Shown here in pieces: positions 42,214 through 50,272 of a DNA stretch of 64,000 bases. The DNA lies in NCBI GenBank assembly GCA_015056385.1, contig SVGI01000001.1, forward strand, positions 6,616 through 70,615. Reading direction: 5' to 3'. The notes below the pieces were generated by a model that searched no databases, was not told the DNA's origin, and saw only the letters and a program-made list of their open reading frames with translations. How positions within the stretch are numbered: the stretch's first letter is position 1; each line of letters opens with the position of its first letter. Position numbers and translations under genes: made by a program. Source of the stretch: Clostridiales bacterium (GTDB lineage Bacteria; Bacillota; Clostridia; HGM11327).

Positions 42214-42456
42214 ATGAGGATAGACAAATATCTTAAAATTTCCCGTCTTATAAAAAGGCGCACCGTTGCCCAGGAGGCGTGTGAGGCAGGCAGAGTTACA
42301 GTAAACGGCTCTGTGGCAAAGCCCTCCACCGCAGTAAAGGCAGGGGACGTAATAGGTATAAAATTCGGAGAGGGCGTAAAAAGCTTTAAGGTACTCGCCA
42401 CCCCCGAAAATGCTCCCAAGGATATGGCAACCGCCCTTTATGAAGAGGTAAGGTGA
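42214..42456 (+). CDS. S4-domain RNA-binding protein (YabO-like)
   Basis: 80-aa S4 domain (MRIDKYLKISRLIKRR...), in a YabO-like position after hup. Confidence 0.8.
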   Translation: MRIDKYLKISRLIKRRTVAQEACEAGRVTVNGSVAKPSTAVKAGDVIGIKFGEGVKSFKVLATPENAPKDMATALYEEVR

Positions 42457-42614
42457 AATTTATGGGTTAAAATCCTGCCTGTGTTTGGGTAGGTGTTCAT
42501 AAAACGGTTAAACCGGCCTGTGATTATACACATAGGTCGGTTTTGCTTTATCCTCCATAAATTTATTGACTTTTCTATCGTTAAAAGAGTATAATTAACC
42601 TATGCGGGTATGCC

Positions 42615-42825
42615 GCAAATAAACAAGAGAGGTGAAAAGTATGGATACAGCAGACAGTACCGCTGCAACAGTGCCCGGGCGAAGTAGACAAGGCAAAAAT
42701 TTCGTTGTTATACCGAGAAGCTGTGTACCGTATAGGCCTCTCGGCGAGCTTGGCGTATTTTAAGCTGAGCCTGCGTAATCGGAATTTTTTGCCGTGGCAC
42801 GTTAAAATGCTGCGGCTTTTTTACT
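42615..42825 (+). ncRNA. M-box (ykoK-type Mg2+) riboswitch-like leader with intrinsic terminator
   Basis: gagaggtgaaaag...ccgctgcaacagtgccc...gacaaggcaaaaatttc...gtaccgtataggcctctc resembles M-box blocks (AGGUGAGG, CGCUGCUGCCC, GGCAAGGA, GACCGUUACAGGC), with P1 gagagg/cctctc. Followed by hairpin gccgtggc...gctgcggc plus T6, upstream of mgtE. Confidence 0.5.
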
Positions 42826-42859
42826 TCCCGAGCCGTATCACAGTAGAAAAAAGGAGGAT

Positions 42860-44197
42860 ATGGTGATGGAAAAAGCATTGGAATTATTTGAGGAAAAGAG
42901 ATATTCCGAATTAAGAACTCATTTAAGAGAGCTAAAGCCTGCGGATATTGCTCTTTTCCTAGGTGAGCTCCCAAGGGAATATATGGGAGTATATTTCAGA
43001 ATACTTCAAAAGGAAACGGCGGCTCTTACGTTTATTGAAATGAGCACCTCGGAGCAGGAATATCTTATAGACGCTCTTACAGACGCCGAGCTCAAAACCA
43101 TGATGGACGAGCTTTTTCTTGACGATACCGTAGACATCATCGAGGAAATGCCTGCGTCAGTCGTAAACAGAATTCTCAAGAATACAGACCCTTATTCAAG
43201 GGCGAAAATCAACGAATTACTTAATTATCCCGACGACAGCGCCGGAAGCATTATGTCTGTTGAATTTGTGTATATCAAGGCAGACATGAGTGTTGCCGCC
43301 GCATTCGAGCGCATAAGAACACAGGGAACAGATAAGGAAACGGTATATACCTGCTACGTTACAGACGAGGCAAGGCATCTTGTAGGCTACGTTTCCGTGC
43401 GCACCCTTCTTTTTGCGAGCCCGGATGAAATTATCGGCAACATAATGAATACGGATATTACAAGCGTTACCACCACGCAGGACAGGGAATATACCGCCCG
43501 TCTTTTTGATAAGTACGACCTTATGGCGCTTCCCGTTGTAGATAATGAAAACAGGCTTGTAGGTATTGTTACTGTTGACGACGCTATGGACGTTCTTACC
43601 GAGGAAACAGAGGAGGACTTCCAGAAAATGGCCGCCGTAAGCCCCGTGGAGGATACGTACCTTAAAACATCTGTTTTTCAGCATACCCGCTCACGTATCG
43701 TGTGGCTTATAGTGCTTTTGCTTCTGTCCGTAGGCACACAGCTTATACTTACCAAGTACGAGGAGGCCTTTGCCGTTGTACCTGCACTTGTAGCCTTTTT
43801 GCCTATGCTTATCAATACAGGCGGTAACTGCGGCTCCCAAAGCTCTACAATGGTAGTGCGCTCCCTTGCCATAGGCGAGATTTCAACGAAGGATTTCTTC
43901 AGGGTCCTTTTCAAGGAGATAAGAATAGGCCTTATTTCAGGCGTAATATTAAGCCTTGCAATGTTTGTTCTTGTGGTTTTCATAATGGGGTACGAGGCTG
44001 AAATAGGCTTAACTCTCGGTCTTTCACTTATTTTTTCTGCGATGTTTGCAAAGAGTATGGGCTGTATTTTACCTATGCTTGCAAAAAAATTAAGGCTGGA
44101 CCCTGCGGTAATCGCATCTCCTATGATTACCACCCTTGTAGACGCCTGCAGCGTGCTGGTGTATTTCAATATTGCAATGCTTATACTTAAGATATGA
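42860..44197 (+). CDS. mgtE: Magnesium transporter MgtE
   Basis: MgtE N-domain, tandem CBS domains and C-terminal 5-TM channel domain. Start may be the second ATG at 42866, which has better RBS spacing. Confidence 0.9.
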   Translation: MVMEKALELFEEKRYSELRTHLRELKPADIALFLGELPREYMGVYFRILQKETAALTFIEMSTSEQEYLIDALTDAELKTMMDELFLDDTVDIIEEMPASVVNRILKNTDPYSRAKINELLNYPDDSAGSIMSVEFVYIKADMSVAAAFERIRTQGTDKETVYTCYVTDEARHLVGYVSVRTLLFASPDEIIGNIMNTDITSVTTTQDREYTARLFDKYDLMALPVVDNENRLVGIVTVDDAMDVLTEETEEDFQKMAAVSPVEDTYLKTSVFQHTRSRIVWLIVLLLLSVGTQLILTKYEEAFAVVPALVAFLPMLINTGGNCGSQSSTMVVRSLAIGEISTKDFFRVLFKEIRIGLISGVILSLAMFVLVVFIMGYEAEIGLTLGLSLIFSAMFAKSMGCILPMLAKKLRLDPAVIASPMITTLVDACSVLVYFNIAMLILKI

Positions 44198-45030
44198 GGA
44201 AAATAATGTCAAAGCCTTGGATATGCTCTAAAACGGTTATAATAACAGGTGCAACAGGCGGTATAGGTAAGGAGCTTACCACCCTTTTCATAGAAAAATA
44301 CGGCTGTACCGTAATAGGCGTTGCCCGAAACAGGGAAAGGCTTTCTGCCCTTGAGGAAAAGTGGCAGGGAAGCTTTACGGGGGTAAGCTGTGATGCTTCC
44401 AAAATGGATGAATGGCTGCGGCTTAAGGGTATTTTAGACGAAAAAAATATAAGCGTTGACATACTTATAAATAACGCAGGTATTCTTCCCGAATTTAAGG
44501 CAACCACCCTTACAGACCTTAAGGAATGCGAGGGGGTAATGGGTATAAACCTTTTCTCGGCTATGTATTCATTTTACGCCTTAAAGGATAACGTGCTTAA
44601 GTCCAAAACGCCTGCAATTATAAACGTATCCTCGGCGGCGGCATTATCACCCCTTCCCGGCACAGCCCTTTATTCCGCATCAAAGGGCGGGCTTAGGGCG
44701 TATACCCTTGCCATGGGTAAGGAGCTTGGCAAAAAATGCTACGTAGGATGTGTTTGCCCCGGCTTTTGCGACACCGAAATATTCAGCGCCCAGAGCGAGG
44801 CTATACCAAGGCCCGTGCTTAAGCTTATAAGCACACCTCCCCGTAAAATGGCAAAAAAAATAGTGAGGGGCATAATCCGCAGGCGCAGATATATGCGTAT
44901 AGGCGTGGATGCGGGGCTTATGGATATAATATTCAGAATAAGCCCGAGGATGGCTATGGGGCTTTTTTCATGGGTGATAAAAATATCAGGCCTCAAATGC
45001 TTCAAAAAGGTTTTTTATAAAGATAATTGA
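44194..45030 (+). CDS. SDR-family oxidoreductase
   Basis: TGATGGIG Rossmann motif, catalytic YSASK; overlaps the mgtE stop by 4 nt. Confidence 0.8.
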   Translation: MRKIMSKPWICSKTVIITGATGGIGKELTTLFIEKYGCTVIGVARNRERLSALEEKWQGSFTGVSCDASKMDEWLRLKGILDEKNISVDILINNAGILPEFKATTLTDLKECEGVMGINLFSAMYSFYALKDNVLKSKTPAIINVSSAAALSPLPGTALYSASKGGLRAYTLAMGKELGKKCYVGCVCPGFCDTEIFSAQSEAIPRPVLKLISTPPRKMAKKIVRGIIRRRRYMRIGVDAGLMDIIFRISPRMAMGLFSWVIKISGLKCFKKVFYKDN

Positions 45031-45088
45031 CAAGTAAATCCGTAAGGACTTATAATAAAATAAGTAATTTTGAAAGGAAGTAAATATT

Positions 45089-45646
45089 ATGAGTGAGCAT
45101 TGCCACGAAAAAACAGGTCCCATGCTTGAGGGTCTGGCACATATTGCTGTTTATACAGACGACATTGAAAAATCAATTGAATTTTACGAGGATATCCTGT
45201 GCTTTGAATGCGCAGACAGATACGAGCTCAACAGAGCAGACGGCGTTCTTAAAATTGCGTTTATCGTAATGGGGGACGTTGTTATTGAGCTTCTCCAGCC
45301 TCCTACAGGCACACAGGGCATGAGCAGAAACGGCGTAGTACAGCATATTGCTATTCAGGTAACAGGTATCGAAGAAATAGTTGAGGAAATGAAGGAGCTT
45401 GGCATCGAGTTTGAAACTGCCGAGGCAGGCTTTATCCCCGAAATGTTCGGCGGCTCAAAGTCTATTTTCTTTGCAGGCCCCTCCGGCGAAAGGCTTGAGC
45501 TTTTTGAATACGGCGAGTACGCAGATGATTGCGATTGCGGCTGCTGCGGCGGCGACTGCGATTGCGAGGATTGCGACTGTGATGACTGCGACGGCGAGTG
45601 TGATTGCCACGGTGATGACGATTGCGACTGCCACCACAACCACTGA
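45089..45646 (+). CDS. VOC (glyoxalase/bleomycin-resistance/dioxygenase) fold protein with Cys/Asp-rich C-terminal tail
   Basis: VOC-domain sequence (GLAHIAVYTDD...VIELLQP...) followed by DDCDCGCCGGDCDCEDCDCDDCDGECDCHGDDDCDCHHNH (15 Cys in 40 aa). Confidence 0.75.
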   Translation: MSEHCHEKTGPMLEGLAHIAVYTDDIEKSIEFYEDILCFECADRYELNRADGVLKIAFIVMGDVVIELLQPPTGTQGMSRNGVVQHIAIQVTGIEEIVEEMKELGIEFETAEAGFIPEMFGGSKSIFFAGPSGERLELFEYGEYADDCDCGCCGGDCDCEDCDCDDCDGECDCHGDDDCDCHHNH

Positions 45647-45667
45647 TAAACAGTAAAAATCAGGACT

Positions 45668-46498
45668 ATGAGTGTGAAGGATTTTCTTAAAACCTCCCTT
45701 TTCGGGATAAACAGCTACCGCAGAATGAGCAGTGTAAAGCCGTCTGCGGTATGGGTAAGCCTTATTATAGTTATAGTGGCGTCATTTGTAATGACGTATA
45801 TCCCTTCATACGTAAGAATAAGAGGAATTTCAAGGGAGGTAGATTCCATACTGGAATCCCTCCCCGAATTCAATATAAAAAACAACGTCTTTTCTATGCC
45901 CAAGGAGGATAGGGTTATATTCGGTAAGGGCAAGGCGAGGATAATATTTGACGACGTTTCCTCCCCGGGCAATATGGTGCTTTCAGAAGACGTTTCTCTG
46001 GCAATAGCCGTAACACAGCACAGCATCTGCGTTATAGATAAGGAAAAGCATATTGAATATAAGTATGCGGATATTGCCGCCACCTTCGGCACGTCTCTTG
46101 ATACGGTTACAAGGGATGAAATTATAAGGGTGGTAGGCTTTGGCGCACTTGCAAGGGTATTTCTTTCAATGTCCCTTCCTATGCTTGCCGTAACAGTATG
46201 TATACGTGTATTCTTCTGCCTTATAGCAACCCTTATCGTAAGCGCTATGCTTAGGGTGTGGGGCGTAAGGGGAGATTTCACCCTTACCTGGCGCATAAGC
46301 GTTGGGGCAAGCCTTTGGGCTATGCTTATAAGAGGCGCCCTGTGCATAATCGGTATGCTTATAGGTATACCTTATATTATAAAGGCACTTGTATATTGGC
46401 TTACGGTAAGCGTTATATGCGCCTTTGCCGCAAGGGGAATAAAAAGCTCGTTGCTTCTTGATAACAACGTGGGCAACGGGTCTACGGAGGTAATGTAA
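45668..46498 (+). CDS. Membrane protein of unknown function (DUF1189-like)
   Basis: 276-aa ORF with N-terminal TM and C-terminal multi-TM region; family assignment tentative. Confidence 0.55.
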   Translation: MSVKDFLKTSLFGINSYRRMSSVKPSAVWVSLIIVIVASFVMTYIPSYVRIRGISREVDSILESLPEFNIKNNVFSMPKEDRVIFGKGKARIIFDDVSSPGNMVLSEDVSLAIAVTQHSICVIDKEKHIEYKYADIAATFGTSLDTVTRDEIIRVVGFGALARVFLSMSLPMLAVTVCIRVFFCLIATLIVSAMLRVWGVRGDFTLTWRISVGASLWAMLIRGALCIIGMLIGIPYIIKALVYWLTVSVICAFAARGIKSSLLLDNNVGNGSTEVM

Positions 46499-46499
46499 T

Positions 46500-46991
46500 A
46501 TGTATTTAAGGCTTTTAAGCACGGCGGGTGATGGCTTGCTTCAAATCCAGAATTTATGGATGGGGCTTCTGGTTATATTCGTAATTGTAGAGGCTCTTAC
46601 CGCAGGCATTACCACAATATGGTTTGCAATAGGGGCTCTCGGCGCCTTGATAGCGGCGTTTTGCGGGGCAGAGCTTTGGCTTCAGATAGTAATATTCCTT
46701 GCAGTATCTCTGCTGCTGCTTATTTTTACACGCCCCCTTGTAAAGAAATTTGTACTTAATAAAAGAGAACGCACAAACGCCGATAAAAATATCGGAAAAA
46801 GAGTTTTGGTAACCCAGCGTATAGACCCTGTTACAGGTACAGGCTACGTAAAGGCAGGGGACGTATATTGGGGCGCTGTTGCAGAGGATAATCTTCCCAT
46901 AGAAGAGGGGGAGATTGTAGAGATACTTGCAATCACAGGCAACAAATTTATTGTCCGCAGGAATACTTGCGGAAATAACGGGCAAAAATAA
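46500..46991 (+). CDS. NfeD-family membrane protein (short form with C-terminal OB-fold)
   Basis: Two to three TM helices then a beta-rich C-terminal OB-like domain; directly upstream of an SPFH gene, the classic NfeD-SPFH operon arrangement. Confidence 0.75.
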   Translation: MYLRLLSTAGDGLLQIQNLWMGLLVIFVIVEALTAGITTIWFAIGALGALIAAFCGAELWLQIVIFLAVSLLLLIFTRPLVKKFVLNKRERTNADKNIGKRVLVTQRIDPVTGTGYVKAGDVYWGAVAEDNLPIEEGEIVEILAITGNKFIVRRNTCGNNGQK

Positions 46992-47082
46992 ACATAAACG
47001 GGAGAATAGGCTTTGTAGCGGCCTTCTGATACAGAGCCAAACCCAATTACAAGGAAAGGAAGGCTTTCGATAAACGAAAGCC

Positions 47083-48015
47083 GTGGTTATTAAAATGGAA
47101 GAAGTTATAATAGGCATCGTTGTTCTTATTGTAGTAATACTTGTAGCAAACATAAAAATAGTATCCCAGGCAAATCAGTTCGTAATAGAAAGATTGGGCT
47201 CGTTCCGCGCTATATGGGGCGCAGGTCTTCACCTTAAAATGCCCTTCTTTGATAAAATCGTAAAGAAGGTAACCTTAAAGGAGCAGGTGGTGGATTTCCC
47301 GCCTCAGCCCGTTATCACAAAGGATAACGTTACCATGCAGATAGATACGGTTATTTTTTTCCAGGTAACAGATGCAAAGCTTTACACCTACGGTATTCAC
47401 AATCCTATGTCTGCCCTTGAAAATTTCACAGCCACAACCTTGAGAAATATAATCGGCGACCTTGAACTCGACCAGACCCTTACCTCAAGAGACACCATCA
47501 ATACGAAAATGAGGGCTATAATCGACGAGGCTACCGACGCATGGGGCATAAAGGTAAACCGTGTTGAGCTTAAAAACATTATGCCTCCCGCCGCTATTAA
47601 GGACGCCATGGAAAAGCAGATGAAGGCGGAGCGCGAAAGGCGTGAGGCAATACTTAAGGCAGAGGGTGAAAAGCAGTCCGCTATACTCGTTGCCGAGGGT
47701 AAAAAGGAAGCCCTTATACGTGAGGCAGAGGCAGAAAAGCAGGCTCTTATACTTGCTGCCGAGGCCCGTAAGGAATCCCAGATGCGTGAGGCTGAGGGTC
47801 AGGCAGAGGCTATAAGAATGGTACAGAGGGCAACTGCCGAGGGTATAAAAATGCTTAACGATGCCGCACCAAGTGATGCCGTGCTTACAATAAAGAGCCT
47901 TGAGGCATTTGAAAAGGCGGCAGACGGCAAGGCAACAAAGATTATAATCCCATCCAAAATACAGGAGATTGCAGGCCTTGCAAAGGGCGTTATAGAAACA
48001 GTTAAGGATAATTAA
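47083..48015 (+). CDS. SPFH/band-7 (stomatin/flotillin-like) protein
   Basis: N-terminal TM, SPFH domain (QFVIERLGSF...VTDAKLYTYG...) and coiled-coil A/E/K-rich region. Confidence 0.85.
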   Translation: MVIKMEEVIIGIVVLIVVILVANIKIVSQANQFVIERLGSFRAIWGAGLHLKMPFFDKIVKKVTLKEQVVDFPPQPVITKDNVTMQIDTVIFFQVTDAKLYTYGIHNPMSALENFTATTLRNIIGDLELDQTLTSRDTINTKMRAIIDEATDAWGIKVNRVELKNIMPPAAIKDAMEKQMKAERERREAILKAEGEKQSAILVAEGKKEALIREAEAEKQALILAAEARKESQMREAEGQAEAIRMVQRATAEGIKMLNDAAPSDAVLTIKSLEAFEKAADGKATKIIIPSKIQEIAGLAKGVIETVKDN

Positions 48016-48026
48016 GGCTACACCTT

Positions 48027-48440
48027 TTGAGAGGGTATATGGAATATTCGGATTTTGACGAAAGGCTTGATGCCCATTGCGAGGCCCTTGCCGATGAAAA
48101 CGAGGCGCGTTTTTCTCCCGAGGCGCTTATAGAGGATTTTATTAAAAGTAAAATAGAGGGTATGCCCAATGTTTCCTCTATAAATGATATTCCCATAGGT
48201 ACCGTTATAGAGGACGAGCCCTGTAAGCCTCGGGGCGCATATATTCTTGCGCGCACCGCTCCCGATTTGTTTTTAAGGGCAGGGGATATTCTCTTTGCTC
48301 ACGCATGCCAAAGGCAAAGAAGCTTCGGGCTTTATATAGTCAGGGAAGGCGGCAATCTTTTGGTCAGGGAGCTTGCAAGAGATACTGTCGAGGCAGATGT
48401 TGTAACCTTTGTAACGGAGGTAAGACGGCTTTATGAGTGA
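48027..48440 (+). CDS. Hypothetical protein
   Basis: 137-aa ORF overlapping the rluB start by 8 nt (translational coupling); no family recognised. Confidence 0.5.
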   Translation: MRGYMEYSDFDERLDAHCEALADENEARFSPEALIEDFIKSKIEGMPNVSSINDIPIGTVIEDEPCKPRGAYILARTAPDLFLRAGDILFAHACQRQRSFGLYIVREGGNLLVRELARDTVEADVVTFVTEVRRLYE

Positions 48441-49161
48441 GGGTATAAGGCTTCAGAAATTTCTTGCCCAGGCAGGTGTTGCTTCAAGGCGCCGATGTGA
48501 GGAGCTTATAGAGCAGGGCCGCGTATCCGTAAACGGAGAAATGGTTACAAGGCAGGGCGTTACGGTCCTCCACGGTGATGTGGTGGAATTCGACGGCGTA
48601 AGAGTAAATCCTCCCACAGAGGAGAGCCACGTTTACATACTCCTTAATAAGCCCCAGGGCTACGTTACCACAGTTGAGGACAGGCACGCCGAAAGGACCG
48701 TAATGGAGCTTGTGTCCCGCGATAAAAGAATTTTCCCCGTAGGCCGCCTTGATATGAATACAGAGGGGCTTATAATACTTACGGATGACGGGGATTTTGC
48801 AAATTTCATCACCCACCCCAGGTACGGCTGCACGAAGGAGTACTTTGCAAGATGCCGCAGCGCCGTTAACCCCGAGGACGTGGACCGCATACGTGAGGGC
48901 GTTGATATCGGAGACGGCGTTATAACAAGCCCCTGCGAGGTTATTGCGGTGGGTAAAAGCGGAAACGATTTTATCGTAAGGATAAAAGAGGGCAGGAAAA
49001 GACAAATAAGGCGCATGTTTGAGGCAGTAGGTACACGTGTTGCATATCTCCGCCGCCGCGCCATAGGCCCTATAAGGGATGAGGAATTGCCCCTGGGCAG
49101 ATGGCGCTATCTTACAGATTCGGAAATAGAGGCGCTTGGATACAAGGTAAGCAGGGAATAA
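48433..49161 (+). CDS. rluB: rRNA pseudouridine synthase (RluB/RsuA family)
   Basis: N-terminal S4 domain (RLQKFLAQAGVASRR) and catalytic GRLD motif (PVGRLDMNTEGL). Confidence 0.9.
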   Translation: MSEGIRLQKFLAQAGVASRRRCEELIEQGRVSVNGEMVTRQGVTVLHGDVVEFDGVRVNPPTEESHVYILLNKPQGYVTTVEDRHAERTVMELVSRDKRIFPVGRLDMNTEGLIILTDDGDFANFITHPRYGCTKEYFARCRSAVNPEDVDRIREGVDIGDGVITSPCEVIAVGKSGNDFIVRIKEGRKRQIRRMFEAVGTRVAYLRRRAIGPIRDEELPLGRWRYLTDSEIEALGYKVSRE

Positions 49162-49227
49162 GCGCCTGTTGAGAAAACGGCTACACTTTTTTAGCAGACG
49201 TTAATATACAGTAATATGCGTATAATA

Positions 49228-49270
49228 AGCCCCCGATAAAGGCTGTTGCCTGAAGCGGGGGCTTTTTTAT
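49228..49270 (+). terminator. Rho-independent terminator of rluB
   Basis: agcccccg...cgggggct hairpin followed by T6. Confidence 0.6.
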
Positions 49271-49400
49271 ACCCTAAAAGCACAGCCGACAATGGCGGGT
49301 GTACGTAAAACAGCTCCGGTCCTGCCAGGCAGTCCTTCAGGGGCGGTTTTGCACCGTACCAAAGCCTCCCTTGTGAAAATTATTGGCTTTGCCAAAATAT

Positions 49401-49475
49401 TCTTGCCTCCCACTCTGGGGGAGGTTGGTTGTTGCCTGCAGTTAATAAAATTAACCGCGGCAAAACAGGAGAGGG
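49401..49475 (+). repeat. Hairpin module A (cttgcctcccactctgggggaggt ... ttaataaaattaaccgcggcaaaac ... gagagggtaattggcta)
   Basis: Shares three conserved blocks with module B about 385 bp downstream; contains the cctccc/gggagg hairpin. Confidence 0.5.
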
Positions 49476-49567
49476 TAATTGGCTACACCAAAACACCCAA
49501 AACAGGAGAGAGGTGTCTGAAAACATCTTTTTATACCCTCTCACCCGCTGTTGCGGGAGCTCTCCCA

Positions 49568-49630
49568 TGAGGAGATCTATCGCTCCTCAGAGGAGATCTA
49601 TCGCTCCTCAGAGGAGATCTATCGCTCCTC
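49568..49630 (+). repeat. Three perfect tandem copies of a 21-bp hairpin unit gaggagatctatcgctcctca
   Basis: Units at 49568-49588, 49589-49609 and 49610-49630 (the last diverges at its final base). Each unit is itself a palindrome (gaggag...ctcctc). Confidence 0.9.
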
Positions 49631-49783
49631 CTCGGGAGAGCCAAGAGCGGTTGCCTTACAATCTTGCATCTCACAATAATTGTTCCCTGTGGAAACTTTG
49701 TTCACAGTGGTAAACTTTGTTTACCACTACAAAACAGGAGTCCTTGTCGGTGGTTGTCCCACCCCTTGCTTCTTCCTCTTATC

Positions 49784-49875
49784 TTGCCTCCCACTCTGGG
49801 GGAGGTGGCAGCCGCAGGCTGACGGAGAGGGCTGTTATTGGCTAACGTCTAATAAGATTAACCGCGCAAAACGAA
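49784..49875 (+). repeat. Hairpin module B (diverged copy of module A with rearranged block order)
   Basis: cttgcctcccactctgggggaggtgg...gagagggctgttattggctaacg...taataagattaaccgcgcaaaac. Confidence 0.5.
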
Positions 49876-50193
49876 GCATTCCTCCCTAAAACACGGCTAC
49901 GTAGGGGCATTCCATATCCGCCCGTAACCTTTACCCTACATCATCGCATATAAATAAAATGGGAGGCTCAAAGGTCCCCTTGGCTTTGGTGTGGTCAATA
50001 ACTGTAAAGGGAGGTACCCGGTAATGTAAGGCGGAGGGATTGTAAATATATCCAAAAAGCCGACAAAGCACCCCCCTTTGTTTGCGCCGCCCCTTTTATT
50101 TCATAGTAATTTTTAACAGTAAAAACACCATAAAATGTTATAAAATCCCAAAAAACACTAAAAAACAGGTGCTTTTTTCAAAAACGTGGTACT

Positions 50194-50222
50194 TGACAAA
50201 TCTTCATATTGTACATATAATG
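50194..50222 (+). promoter_or_regulatory. Consensus sigma-A promoter (TTGACA-17-TATAAT) for the surface-protein gene
   Basis: TTGACA at 50194-50199, 17-nt spacer, TATAAT at 50217-50222; ATG at 50273. Confidence 0.7.
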
Positions 50223-50272
50223 GTATACGTGAGATTATCACAAAAAAAACATGTAATGGGGTAAATATCATT

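Noticed and set aside
45355-45656. Antisense/alternate-frame ORFs (94 aa, 85 aa, 62 aa) rich in Q/S/A/T opposite the VOC gene tail
   Set aside because: They are generated by the repetitive GAYTGC DNA encoding the Cys/Asp tail. They are low-complexity frames without start context.
49568-49630. Possible CRISPR array (21-bp repeats)
   Set aside because: The three units are directly contiguous with no spacers and each is a palindrome. No cas genes in the window. It is a tandem hairpin repeat, not a CRISPR.
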